Assembly (NCBI RefSeq): GCF_030028105.1
Contig: NC_092401.1
Span: forward strand, 7,598,984 to 7,662,983
DNA: 64,000 nucleotides
DNA from: Mobula birostris
Lineage: Eukaryota
Direction of reading: 5' to 3'
Shown: positions 12,420 to 25,887 of the stretch, piece by piece
How positions within the stretch are numbered: position 1 is the first letter of the stretch
How the letters are laid out: every line of letters begins with the position of its first letter
Made by a program: the position numbers and the translations under genes
The notes under the pieces: generated by a model
What the model saw: the letters and a program-made list of their open reading frames with translations, nothing else
Databases searched by the model: none
What the model was told of the DNA's origin: nothing

Positions 12420-15346
12420 ATTGATATGAAAGGTGAAGGGAGTAATGAATTAGAAGTATTATATATGAATGCACAAAATATAGGAAATAAAGTAGATGAG
12501 CTTGGGACACAGTTGGAAATTGGCAAGTATGATGTTGTGGGAATAGCAGAGACATGGCTTCAAGTGGACAGGACCTGGGAAATGAATATTCAAGGGTATA
12601 CGTTCTATCGAAAAGACAGACTGATGGGCAGAGGGGGTGGGGTGGCTCTGTTGGTGAGGAATGATAGCCAGTCCCTTGCAAGGGGGGACATAGAATCAGG
12701 AGATGTAGAGTCAGTATGGATAGAACTGAGAAATTCTAAGGGTAGAAAGACCCTAATGGGAGTTACCTACAGGCCCACAAACAGTAGTCTGGATGAAGGG
12801 TGTAAGTTGAATCAAGAGTTAAAATTGGCATGTCGCAAAGGTAATGCTACAGTTGTTATGGGGGATTTCAACATGCAGGTAGACTGGAAGAATCAGATTG
12901 GTACTGGACCCCAAGAAAGGGAGTTTGCGGAGTCCCTCCGAGATGGATTCTTAGAACAGCTTGTACTGGAGCCTACCAGAGAGAACGCAATTCTAGATTT
13001 AGTGTTGTGCAATGAACCGGATTTGATCAGGGACCTCGAGGTAAAGGAGCCATTAGGAGGTAGTGACCATAATATGATAAGTTTTAATCTACAAATCGAG
13101 AGGGAGAAGGGAAAATCAGAAGTATCAGTATTACAATTGAACAAAGGGAACTATGGTGCTATGAGGGAGGAGATGGCCAAAGTTCAATGGAACAATACCC
13201 TAGCAGGGATGACAGTGGAACAACAATGGCAAGTGTTTCTGGGAATAATGCAGAAGGTGCAGGATCAGTTCATTCCAAAGAGGAAGAAAGATCCTAAGGG
13301 AAGTAAGGGGAGGCCGTGGCTGACAAGGGAAGTAAAGGACAGTATAAAGATAAAAGAGAAGAAGTACAACATAGCAAAAATGAGTGGGAAGCCGGAGGAT
13401 TGGGAAACTTTTAAAGAGCAACAGAAGATAATTAAAAAGGCAATACCCAGAGAAAAATTGAGGTACGAAGGTAAACTAGCCAAGAATATAACGGAGGATA
13501 GTAAAAGCTTCTTTAGGTATGTGAAAAGGAAAAAAATAGTTAAGACCAAAATTGGGCCCTTGAAGACAGAAAAAGGTGAATTTATTATGGGGAACAAGGA
13601 AATGGCAGACGAGTTGAACAGGTACTTTGGATCTGTCTTCACTAGGGAAGACACGAACAATCTCCCAGATATAATAGTGGCCAAAGGACCTAGGGTAATG
13701 GATGAACTGAAGGAAATTTATATTAGGCAGGAAATGGTGCTGGATAGGCTGTTGGGTCTGAAGGCTGATAAGTCCCGGGGACCTGATGGTCTGCATCCCA
13801 GGGTACTTAAGGAGGTGGCTTTAGAAATCGTGGACGCATTGGTAATCATTTTCCAATGTTCTATAGATTCAGGATCAGTTCCTATGGATTGGAGGGTGGC
13901 TAATGTTGTCCCACTTTCCAAGAAAGGAGCGAGAGAGAAAACAGGGAATTATAGACCAGTTAGCCTGACATCAGTGGTGGGAAAGATGCTGGAGTCAATT
14001 ATAAAAGATGAAATTACGACACATTTGGATGGCAGTAACAGGATAGGTCTGAGTCAGCATGGATTTACGAAGGGGAAATCGTGCTTGACTAATCTTCTGG
14101 AATTTTTTGAAGATGTAACTATGAAAATGGACAAGGGAGAGCCAGTGGATGTAGTGTACCTGGACTTTCAGAAATCCTGTGATAAAGTCCCACATAGGAG
14201 ATTAGTGGGCAAAATTAAGGCACATGGTATTGGGGCAGAGTACCGACATGGTTCGAAAATTGGCTGGTTGACAGGAAACAAAGAGTAGCGATCAATGGGT
14301 CCCTTTCGGAATGGTAGGTGGTGACCAGTGGGGTACCGCAGGGTTCAGTGCTGGGACCGCAGCAGTTTACAATATACATTAATGATTTAGATGAAGAGAT
14401 GAAAAGTAGCATTAGCAAATTTGCAGATGACACAAAGCTGGGTGGCAGTGTGAAATGTGAGGAGGATGTTATGAGAATGAAGTGTGATTTGGACAGGCTG
14501 GGTGAGTGGGCGAATGCATGGCAGATGCAGTTTAATGTGGATAAATGTGAGGTTATCCACTTTGCTGGTAAGAACAGGAAGGCAGATTATTATCTAAATG
14601 GAGTCAATTTAGGAAAAGGGGAAGTACAATGAGATCTAGGTGTTCTTGTACATCGGTCACTGAAAGCAAGCATGCAGGTACAGCAGGCAGTGAAGGAAGC
14701 TAATGGCATGCTGGCCTTCATAACAAGGGGAATTAAGTATAGGAGCAAAGAGGTCCTTCTGCAGCTGTACAGGGCCCTGGTGAGACCACACCTGGAGTAT
14801 TGTGTGCAGTTATGGTCTCCAAGTTTGAGGAAGGACATTCTTGCTATTGAGGGAGTGAAGCATAGGTTCACAAGGTTAATTCCTGGGATGGCGGGACTGT
14901 CATATGTCAAAAGATTGGAGTGACTGGGCTTGAATGCACTGGAATTTAGAAGGATGAGAGGGGATCTGATTGAAACATATAAGATTATTAAGAGATTGGA
15001 TACGCTGGAGGCAGGAAGCATGTTCCCGCTGATGGGTGAGTCCAGAATCAGAGGCCACAGTTTAAGAGTAAGGGGTAGATCATTTAGAACGGAATTGAGG
15101 AAAACTTTTTCACCCAGAGAGTGGTGGATATGTGGAATGTTCTGCCCCGGAAGGCAGTGGAGGCCAAGTCTCTGGATGTTTTCAAGAAAGAGATGGATAG
15201 AGCTCTTAAAGATAGCGGAATCAAAGGTTATGGGGATAAAGCAGGAACTGGATACCGATTGTAGATGATCAGCCATGATCACAGTGAATGGTGGTTCTGT
15301 CTCAAAGGGCCGAATGGCCTACTCCTGCACCTATTGTCTATTGTCT
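12420..15346 (+). mobile_element. 5'-truncated CR1 LINE (APE-RT ORF2 with frameshifts)
   Basis: 620-aa ORF 12426-14288 (ETWL, GDFN, GSDHN, NYRPVSLTS), followed by [11 protein letters not shown] and FADDTKL. The 3' tail is (attgtct)n. Confidence 0.95.
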
Positions 15347-15497
15347 CAATCGTACCATGATGAGGCCCCTAGGCGGGATAGTAAGGACACAGGTGCTGGA
15401 GTATCCGAGACCGGATACGAGACCGAGAAGAAGACAGGGTTCTAAACTAAACGCAAGATGAGAATCCAAAATTGAACTGACAATCGACCACAGAACC

Positions 15498-18400
15498 TTC
15501 TTGTTCTGACTCTTAATGGCAGTTGGCAGTCCAACTTAAAGGTGCATTACCACCACCAACTGGACTGGTGTGGTGTAGAGAGTTGGGAAATAAAACCCCT
15601 ACTAGTTCTTTATCAACTGAAAACCAAATTACTCCAAAATGCCCTGTAGATTTTAAATAACGGAAAATAAACAATGTCGTGAATTAAAGTGTCTGCCACA
15701 ATGTGGTAAATGAAAACTGAAAAATAAATGTTTTTTAAATGAAAACTGTCAAACCCCAAAGATAATAGTCCATCTTGCATTTGCTTTCTTTCAACCTGAT
15801 AAGCTAAAATAGCGTGTTAAACTGTTTCATAATGATAACAAAAGCTACACATCCCAGAGTGATGTTTTTCAACAAGGTAAAAGGAATAATTAAGCTTAAT
15901 ATGCCCAATCAATCTGCTCATTCCCCTCAACACCCCTCTGTGCAGAGACCCACAAGAAGTAGACATGTAAACCAATACTTTGAATATGAAATAAAGTTCG
16001 AAGAACTTCCAGCAGTAAATCTGACCTACTGCTAGAATGACCTGTTTTCAGACTAGTCAAAACTGGAAAAGAATCTGAACAAATTATAACTTTCCAACGA
16101 TGGATTTCCTCCACCCAATGACGGCAACCAGCTCTGCAGTCTATACTGATAAATGTTAATAAGACATTTCTTCGTTACTTGTAACTCAGGCACAAAACAG
16201 CCACACTGACATTCCCTGTTAAATTATCTTTCGATCCATCCGTAAAAATGGTTAGTGTATCACAATAATTTTCCTTAACATATTGATAAACCAACAGACT
16301 CTCAGGCATTTCAGGATCCTTGGACTTCATTAAATCATGCAACCTAAGATCAATTATGGTCATTGGAAAAAAACACAGTGGGGTTACCAAAAAAGCTGCA
16401 GTGGGACATCTTGCATAATCCAGCAAACTCATATTCTTAACGTGATAAGAACCCAACCACATAAGAACCAAAAACACTCTTCTTGTGATGTTCCCAACAG
16501 ACTTCCAACACACTTTTTAAACAGGGAGATCATTTCTCTGCCCTCTCAAATCAATCCGGTATGTTAACAACAACTTCAGCCACCACAACAGTAAGGGTAA
16601 TTGTCTTATTTCAACAAGTAAAGCTGAAACAGGGGACAGCCTTACTGCTCCCCAACACAATCTTAACATCTGTGCTTGGATCACCTCCAAACATTTTAAA
16701 TTTGAAGACGAAGCTGATCCATAAGCCATACAGCCATAATCAAGTACAGATCGAAATAAACAAATATAAAATAGGTAAAATATAAATAAACAAGTTCTCC
16801 GAGGATCTGTTCTGGGACCCCTCCTCTTTGTGATTTTTATAAATGACCTGGATGAGGAAGTAGAAGGGTGGATTAGTAAGTTTGCTGATGACACAAAAGT
16901 TGGGGGTGTTGTGGATGGTCTGGAAGGTTGTCAGAGATTACAGCGCAACGTCGATAGGATGCAGAACTAGGCTGAGAAGTGGCAGATGGAGTTCAACTCA
17001 GATAAGTGTGAAGTGGTTCATTTTAGTAGGTCCAACTTGAAGACAGAATATAAAACTAATGGTAATACTCTTGGCAGTGCATAGGATCAGAGAGATCTTG
17101 GGGTCCATATCCATAGGACACTCAAAGCTGCTATGCAGGTTGACAGTGTTGTTACGGCGGCGTATGGTGTGTTGGCCTCCATCTCATCAACCGCTGGGTT
17201 CAAGTGCTGTGAGGTAATGTAACAGCTATAAAAGACCTTAGTTAGACCCCACTTGGAGTACTGTGTTCACTTCTGGTCACCTCACTGCAGGAAGGATGTG
17301 GATACTATAGAGAGAGTGTAGAGGAGATTTACAAGGACGTTGCCTGGATTGGAGAGCATGCCGTATGAGAATAGGTTGAGTGGACTTGGCCTTTGCTCCT
17401 TGGAGCAGTGGAGGATGAGACGTGACCTGAGAGAGATGTATAAGATGATGAGAGGCATTGATCGTGTAAATAACAAGAGGTTTTTTTCCAAGGCTTGAAA
17501 TGGCTAACACGAGGGGCATAGTCTTAACATGCCTGGAAGTAGGTACAGAGGGGATGTCAGAGGTAAGTTTTTCACACAGAGAGTGATTGGTGCATGGAAT
17601 GCACTGCCGGCGGTGGTGATAGAGATGGATACATTAGGTTCTTATAAGAGATTCCTAGATAGACACATGGGACCTGGAAAAATAGAGGGCTATTCAGTGG
17701 GAAAATTCTAGGCAGTTTCTAGAGTAGGTTACATGATCGGCACACTGTTGTGAGCCGAAGGGCCTGTAATGTGCTGTAGATTCCTATGTTCTATATTCTA
17801 TGTAAATGGTTAGAGATTTTTTGTGTAGCACCCCAAGAATACCCACATAGACACCTAAGGATATTTAATGCCCCTCTACATTTGTTAATTATTTTACTGA
17901 GATGGTGCTTCCATATCAGCTTATAATCAGACACAGGCCAAAACTTCTTACCATTGACACTTCAAGTGTTTGACCATAATATTTCAAATTAAGTGCAGGT
18001 CTATAAACCTTTTTGTAAGACATTTAATGTGTTTTAGCTACTGAGAGATTTAAAACTTCATCTATTTTACTCACTGTTCAACCTTTTTAATTGCAAATTA
18101 CATCCTATATACAGTTAAGTTGAAATTTCTACCTCTGATCCATAATGCTCCATCATCTGCAAAAAGTGATATACCCACCTCAGTATCTATCTCAGAAAAA
18201 ATATCATTAATCATAATAGTAAAACAATAAAGGACTATAAATACTGCCTTGTGGGGTCCCATTCTCCATCTCATAGAAGCCTGAGTATACTTTCCCTACC
18301 TTTACCTGGATAGACAAACCAAATAAAAAAATCAGAAGAAAATTATATAGTCTTCCTCTCACTCCTAATTTCTGTAATTTATTTGAAAGATCCTCTTCCC

Positions 18401-20500
18401 ATAACATATCATGTGCTTTGCCCTTAACAAAAAATACTGCTAATACAACTTTTATTTACCTGTGCTTTCCAAATATCATCTTTCAAACATAAAACTCAAT
18501 GCAATATCATTCTACCCTTCCAAAATCGGTTCTGATAAAACATTATATCACCTTTTTTTCGAAATATTAATTCAACTGCTCCATTATTGTGCGTTCCATA
18601 AGTTTACACAAGTGAGACTTTAACGATATTGGTCTATAACTAGAAGGATCTGATGGGGGTTTCCCAGGTTTTAGAATAGGCACTACTACTGCCATTTTCC
18701 ATGAGGAGGGGAGATAGCCTAAACACCAAGTGAGATTCAAAAATTGTAATATTATGTCGAGAGCTGTTGGCCATATGTTTAAACATACAATAACATACAT
18801 CATCCTTTCCTGGAGCCATCTGATCTGCACTATTAATAGCTTTCTTAAATTCACACAAAGAAAATCGATATCACCAATACTATCATTGCTACAGCTGGCT
18901 TCCGACATATGCTTTCCAACAAATCAATCGAAAGCTTTCCAGAAGTGTTGTAAAAATTTACTGTTTTAATGCCCCTACCAGTTGAATCAAGTACTTCAAT
19001 TACATCCACAAATCTATGTCCAATCCCTTTCCTCAGAAAACTTGCAACACCACCCTCTATACAAACTAATCTATCACGCCTAATTATAATATAATCCTGC
19101 AAGGAAAAACTTAAATGTGGTAACAACCAGGTTTCCTGAATGCATACAACATCAGATGGATTTGATAAATCAGAAATAAACTTCTCAAAGTCTTGACCAT
19201 TAGAAATCAGGCTTCTCGCATTCCACTGCAATATTCTTATACCGATTATGTACCTTCACAAGGAGACTGAAATACAGGTACCTCACCCATCAGAGCTTCA
19301 TTCCCACATAACACCAGCCATATGCAGATACTTTTCAGCAGCTTTCACAATAATTTTAATTTTCTCAGTAGGACTAGATGTCTGAGCATAACAATTCACC
19401 AAATCCGCGATGAACATCACAAACTTCATTTTATCAACTAGGAAGTATCTTTAGTAAGAGAAGTATGATGCTGACATATAGCTGCTGATTTCACATTCTG
19501 TTCTGACTGGTAATAGTTTATCAATGTTCAGTTTAACCTTTTGCAAGGCCTCTGCATAAGACACACTTAACTATACCTTAAGCTGTTCAACTTCAGCTGC
19601 CTTCACATCCTCTCTAAGCTCTGCTGCGGTCTCCTCCGCAATTACAACATTTAAACTTAACACTTATTTCATACTTATTTCCGCACCACACTTACTACAC
19701 CTTAGTTTCCCACGGCATAGTGCCTCAACACGCCAAACCTCTGCACTTATAACATCTAAGCGGGGGTGGAATATCACCTTGAACATTATATCTAACATAC
19801 TCCAAACTAACTATCAGGGAGATTCACTTCATAAACATATCAATACAGATAAACTATCCATCCTTTCCCTATTTCTGACTCCTGTCCTTGCAATCTCTTT
19901 ACCTCCTTAACCTTGCCTCACAATAGATGAGATTTAACCTCTTCTATCAAAATTTCCACAGGAACACTCTTTATAACACCCCTAATACCTCTATTTTCAT
20001 TTGGTAACATAGACACCATCTTTTTACCAAGTAAAGTCTTTAATCGTAATGTCTTCTCACACTGCTTATTATCCTTACAAATGATTAATACATTCCCTCC
20101 TCTTAAAGTACGAGCACAACCTATATTCCCTATGGCCAATTTTAATTCTGAAATTAATTTAATAGGATTGATTGAAGAAGGCTGTTCCTGGTCAAATTTA
20201 ACCAGTACCTTGAAACCTTCTTCCCTTTTTTTTACAAAATATCTTGCCTTTCCTGTCTGTCACTTGAAATCATTCCAATATTAAGTTTCATTTTCCATTT
20301 TCCAGATCTAGATTCCACTTCATTCCAACCACCTTCCACCAACCCCCACTCACCCGAACCTTCTATTTGTGGTTTCTTTTCCAGATCCCCCTGCCTACCT
20401 GAACCTACACTATTTCCCAACATCCTCACACTATCCACAGCCAGCGCCACCAACCGCCACTCCTTCAAGCCAAGCTCTCTCCAACCAAAAATCGAGCCGA
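15498..20500 (-). mobile_element. Second, more decayed I/Nimb-clade LINE, interrupted by a CR1
   Basis: Fragments MQWNARSL/IQETWL (APE), NGTPQGSIYSPLLF (RT), FTDGSKD and CSDS..FLWV..GVEGNEQID (RNase H). Its 3' end resembles that of the 5991-11144 element. Confidence 0.8.
16801..17803 (+). mobile_element. CR1 3' fragment inserted in the second Nimb element
   Basis: [25 protein letters not shown]1 3' UTR and a ttctatgt-type tail. Confidence 0.9.
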
Positions 20501-20901
20501 GCCGAACCCACCAAACCTAAGCAGAGAGCTTCAATTCAGGTTCTCTTTAAATATTAAATACTGGAGCCAAAACAGGGCTTCCAATTAGCAGGGCAGCCTG
20601 AATCTTCAAAGGGACCATGCCAGCTATCCATATTCCAGAGAGCTAGAGCGTCTAAACCCCGGAAGTTGATGAAATTGGGTGCATGTCCTAACGCCTGCAG
20701 CCTTATGCTTATATTCCTTGATCACCATTTTACAATTAAAAACTAGTAATTTCACTGGGAAATGGCCCCATTGACTGGGGATGTTTTGTGATTTGGGCTA
20801 CCAGTTCAATCAACAGAGATGCAACTGCTACAGGAAACACCACTGACTAACAACATGAAAATAAGTTTTCGTCCTTGTCTGAGTGCAGTGAACATACTCA
20901 C

Positions 20902-21195
20902 CATAAACCTCAATGGAAATGCTATCGTTCTTCAGTGGAATTGATGGATAATCCTCAAAATCTGCCGTGCAGGAGACTTCAGTCAGACCAGTCTCTCGTG
21001 GTGTCCATGTAGTTGTTGCCCTGACTGTGGTGGAATTTGACTGATATGTTGCTGAATTCTGTTGCTCACCGTCGCAAAACCATCGTACTCTCACCTTCTC
21101 AGCTGGATAGACGTTTGGCACCTCACATGTTAGTGTGACCTCCTGATTCACTTCTACAAGGTCTCTGCTGAGGATCCTCGGAGGCTCTGGAAAAG
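20902..21195 (-). CDS. Gene A exon 4, Ig domain 3
   Basis: Acceptor gtcttgcag|CT, donor TATG|gtgagt, 294 nt. Contains VTLTCEVPNVYPAEK...EVSCTADF. Confidence 0.9.
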
Positions 21196-22418
21196 CTGCA
21201 AGACACACAAGAGGTTCACTGCAGTTTGGTTTTCAGTGATAAATACTGATGGACGGAGCTGGAGACTGGCCAGGTCACACATCTGGGAGACCTTATACCT
21301 AATCCACCACTTAATGGTCACGTCCTTCATTCTTCAGAATGTTTTCCCAATTTTCAGTTTCTCACTCTCTCTGGTGCTCCAGCCACAAGTAGTAGTACAT
21401 ACAACATCGTGCACTTATTAATTGATCTCAATATCACCTTAATTTGAATCTTGTTTTAGCATCACAGACGAGACTTAAATTTCCTCTTTCTGACTTTAAG
21501 CCAACTTTTACTCCTTAGTCCAACTGAGCAGAATATTCCATGAGCCGCTTTCACTCACCACACTTCAGTATGGGACTATGTCAAACACAGTGTGAAAATC
21601 CTTAAGAGGATATCACTCAATTTCATCAAAGCCCGCTATTACTTCATCAAAGAACTCAATTTCATCTACAAACTCTGTTGGTTATTTTATAAACTCAACT
21701 GTCTTCATGCCCCTTTAAGTATTCCCATATTAATGTTTCCAACATATTCCCCATCACTGCCACTATAGTGATGGACCAGCAGCTGCTGATGACCTCCTCA
21801 TGACCTCTGTGCCATCTCCCACCTCTCTGGCACCTTCCCTAGTCCAGGAGGATTGAAAGATTATGTCAAGCCCTTTTACAGTCTCCATCCTTCTGCAGTT
21901 CAGATGCACCCTCTCTGCACCAGATGAGTTACAAACTTCAAGCATGGTTATCTTGCTAATAACTTCCCATTCATATTTACCTGCCCATTCTCATTCTTCC
22001 CTCTGCTTTCTCTGAGTGTTGGCATCATATTCTCCCTTGGTAAAGAGTGAACAAAGTATTCATTCCATATTCCATTCCCTCTGCCTGTCGACACGGATCA
22101 CTTTCATGCTTTCTGAGTGATAACAGTCCACCTTCACTACGCACATATGATTTACACATCTGCAGAGATTTCAATTACTTCATTGTGTTAACTGTTACAT
22201 CTTGTTTTCTGCTCCTACAGTAAGTCTCAATCCCACTTCCTCCATTGGAGTAGCCAATTCGTGACTACAACCTCTGTTCCATAAAGATCACTCTTGGTTG
22301 CGCTTTACTAAAATGATCAGAAGGCAGCATGTTAATACTGTATTTATTTTCAACAGAATATTTCAGTTCAAACTATTCCCAAAATCAGGTGTAAATTTAT
22401 TGTTAAAATGGAACTCAC

Positions 22419-22730
22419 AGTAAATTTGAAGAGTCATAGATGCATTTGCGATTTGTTTGGTTGTGTTAGAGTCCAAGTTCAACTCTGCCAAGCAGGTGTA
22501 CACCATTCCATCGTCTGAAATACTTGCATTGAAGTGAAGGACATTCTTCAATGGACCATCTTCTGGGAAACCTGGGTTCTCTGTGGAAATATTTGCTATA
22601 GTCTCATTCTCTCTGAGCCAGGTGAGTACGAGTTTGTTCTTTGGATAGACCTTCGGGCCGGTACACTCCAGCTGATATGGTTTGTTAACTTCCAGCACGT
22701 CAGGAGATGGAACAATGCTTAAGTTTCGAT
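22419..22730 (-). CDS. Gene A exon 3, Ig domain 2
   Basis: Acceptor ctttgacag|AT, donor TACT|gtgagt, 312 nt. Contains LECTGPKVYPKNKLVLTWLR...DDGMVYTCLAEL, a VCAM/ICAM D2-like 'VYP' domain. Confidence 0.9.
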
Positions 22731-23251
22731 CTGTCAAAGGAGAATCATGATTGGCAAAATTCTAAATCAAAATTCAACTCAACAACCAATGTGCCTGTGG
22801 ATCTTCCTACCATGTGACATTCCCAGTCTGATGAATCTCTTCAGTCTGCACCAAAAGAAATCCATTCATTTGTCACAGCAAACTATGGCTCTGTCACCGT
22901 GAGACTCACCTCTGAATGTCCATTAACCCACTAATCCTGTGAATCAGCGCATTGGTCCAAGACTATGGAGTGTGAAACAGCCACACACGTTTCCTGACCT
23001 GAGACTCTCTACAGAATTTCTGTAAAATTGTCTCTGTTCAATATCAATCCCTGAACATGTCTCAGACTGTGAACTCATTGTGGGGGAGTGAAGTGTAAAT
23101 CTATTTCCCAGCAGGCAGTTCTCTACCTCACCTGGTACACAACAGCATCGTTCTGCGTAATGTTTTCAAATGATACATATCTTATGTTGCTGCCTTTTGT
23201 CTGGTTATACTCTGCTCTGGGACGTATTTGGAACAAAGAGATTTCACTTAC

Positions 23252-23527
23252 TGTACACTGGGACCACCCATTTGTCCTCCTTCACTTCATGGTTTTCAGA
23301 TCCACAGATTACAGTACAGGGCACTGTGAAATCCCATGTCTGGACACTTGGAAATTGGTCTGTAATCCACTTATCACCGCAAGTTCTGTTGGGATTTATC
23401 CCCGGTTTATATTCCAGAATCGTCACTGGGTTGTTACACGTTGTACTGCAGGTCACCTCCAGAGAGTGTCCAAATTCCACCACTGGGGGGTTTGCTTTGA
23501 TCGAAACCTCAAATCCATTCAGTTTAT
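23252..23527 (-). CDS. Gene A exon 2, Ig domain 1 (ICAM-type four-Cys domain)
   Basis: Acceptor ctctggcag|AT, donor TACA|gtaagt, 276 nt. Contains VTCSTTC..LEYKP..CTVIC, comparable to ICAM-1 D1 CSTSC..IETP..CYSNC. Confidence 0.9.
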
Positions 23528-23595
23528 CTGCCAGAGACACACAGGGAAATGGAATTTGTTCAGTGAAGTGTTGTGTGCAGTTCAATCTCAGCTGA

Positions 23596-23870
23596 GAATG
23601 GATATACTTACCATTCAGACAGTGAGGGGACGGTTCACCAGACTGATTCCGGGGATGGCAGGACGGGCACATGAAGAGAGATTGAGTCAATGTGGCCCAC
23701 TTACATGAAGGTTTGGAAGATTTAGTGAAGATTGAATCAAATATATGACATTTTGACAGATCTCGAGAAGTTGGATGCAGGAGATATACTTTCCCTGGAT
23801 GAGGAGAGTAAACAAGGGTTTGCAGATTCGGGATGCAGGGTGATGTGTGGAGAAAAATCTTCACACAATC
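23596..23870 (+). mobile_element. Old CR1 RT C-terminal fragment in intron 1, shared with gene B (about 55000-55290)
   Basis: DILTIQTVRGRFTRLIPGMAG occurs at the same position relative to exon 2 in both paralogs. Confidence 0.7.
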
Positions 23871-24289
23871 GTAGTGAAGGGCACCTAATCTATGCAGTTA
23901 GTTTCCTGTCTATTTCCACATAATATAAATGTTTGTCACTGTAATTTTGGCCTTTTGTGTTCAAACAGAAGGAATATTTTCAAGTCAGGAAGACATTAAA
24001 AGTCACTCTGTTCTAACATGGGTGGCTCTGATTTGACTCCTCCCTAAGACATGATTTGCAGAGACATGCCAAATTGCAGTTTCAGGATGGAGGGATCGAG
24101 CTGTGGAGAAAAATTTTCAGACAGATGTAGAGAAAGGTCAAGTCACTGAATGTATTGAAGAAGGGTGGGGTAGAAATTGAGACAACGGTGACACATGGAG
24201 TTATTCAGAGAACACAGGACACTTGTTGTTCAACACTCAGAATTAAAGATTGTTTTAATATCATTTTCTGTAAACCAGTGTAGAGGGGA

Positions 24290-25330
24290 ACAAAGTAGTT
24301 GTTAGTTCGGATCCAATGCAGGTGAAAAAACACAAGCGATAAAAACACAGTAATAATTAAAACATAATAAATATAAATACGTAAGATAGCTTACTGAATA
24401 TATATCCATTGATTGTATGTCCATAAATTGATGCAGAAGGTGACTGACAAATAATAATAAAGAGGTGGTGGAATTACTGGGTGGAGGTGTTGATCAGCCT
24501 TACTGCTTGGGTAAGTATCTGTTTTTGAGTCTGATAGTCCTGGTGTATGGATGCTATGTAGACTCCTCCCTGATGGGAGTGGGACAAACAGTCCATGAGC
24601 AGGGTGGGTGAGATCCTTCAAGATGCTACTGGCCCTTTTCTGGCACCTCGGGTGGTGTGGCCTGTGCAATGGACAGCCCTGACTATCTGTTGTAGGGCCT
24701 CCCTGTCGTCATGGTGCAGTTTCTGTACTATGCACTGATACAGTTTGACAGGATGCTCTCTACTGCTCATCTGTAGAATGCTATTAGCCTGGATGTACAA
24801 AGCTCAGCTCTCTTTCACCTCCTCAGAAAGTAGAGGTGTTGATGCGCATTCGTGACTGTGGAGGAAGTGGTTGTGGGACCACGAGAGGTTATCAGTGATG
24901 AATACTTCCAGGAGTTTGAAACCAATCGCAGTTTCCACCACTGTGCTGCCGATGTAGTAAGAGGTGTGAGTTCTCCTGAAGTCCATAACTATCTCCTTTG
25001 TCTTGCTGACATTAATGGCGAGTTTATTTTCCTGACACCCGTCCTTGAGCTCTTCGACCCCCTTTCTGTAGGTCATCTCATCGTTGTTGGTGATGAGTCC
25101 CACCGCTGTTGTGTCGTCGGTGAACTTGACATTGTGATTGCTCGGGTGTTTGTCCGTCAAGTCATGTGCGAGCAGAGTGTACAGCAATGGGCTCACCCTG
25201 GGGGTGGGGGGCTGGGGGGAGAGCAGCTGTGTTGAGGATGATAGTGAAGGAGGAACGGTTGTGCACTCGGACTCTCTGATATCTGTTCGTTAGAAAATCC
25301 AACACCCCGTTGCACAGTGGTGTACTTAGA
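24290..25330 (-). mobile_element. Rex1/Babar-like LINE RT 3' fragment in gene A intron 1
   Basis: SPLLYTLLAHD..KFTDDTTAVGLI..INVSKTKEIVMDFRR. Confidence 0.75.
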
Positions 25331-25887
25331 CCGAGGTTTGTTCACCACGGTCTGGGGGACAATGATTTCTATTTGCACACAATATGAATGTCTGTCAGTA
25401 TAAGCATGCCCCCTTTCACGTTAAAACAGAAGAAATAAATAAATAGGCCGAATTGTATCTGGGATCACTTGAATCTTGGCGGCTGATCCGCAATTTCATG
25501 CTCAGACGGGGAGTCGGAGTGGATCACCAAGAATCACGAGGTCTGTAACACATCAGCCCGTGTCCAGTCCTCAATACTGAACATGGGAGCAGAGAGCAGT
25601 AACCGTGAAACAAAATGTCACTCTTCCCACATCATGGGCAAAACGACATGTGCAATTCACAACGTGTGAAACTGTTTGAAAGCCCGTCCATGAATTGTGT
25701 AAATATTTACTCGGTGCCCATTTTCCCATTTTTATATCTCTAGCCATTCCGCAGTTGAGGCACAAATCAATGTGAAATTTCTCTTTTCGTTCTGCCAAGC
25801 CAAAGACAACGAAGGAAAACGAGAAACGAGCAACGGTTCGCAGAATAAAGCGCACGTTGTAAAAATGCACAGTTATTTACACAAGAA

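Noticed and set aside
25571-25870. Hydrophobic ORF in gene A intron 1 as an alternative signal exon
   Set aside because: It has no suitable donor and no counterpart in gene B. The 26115-26181 exon fits length, phase and donor.
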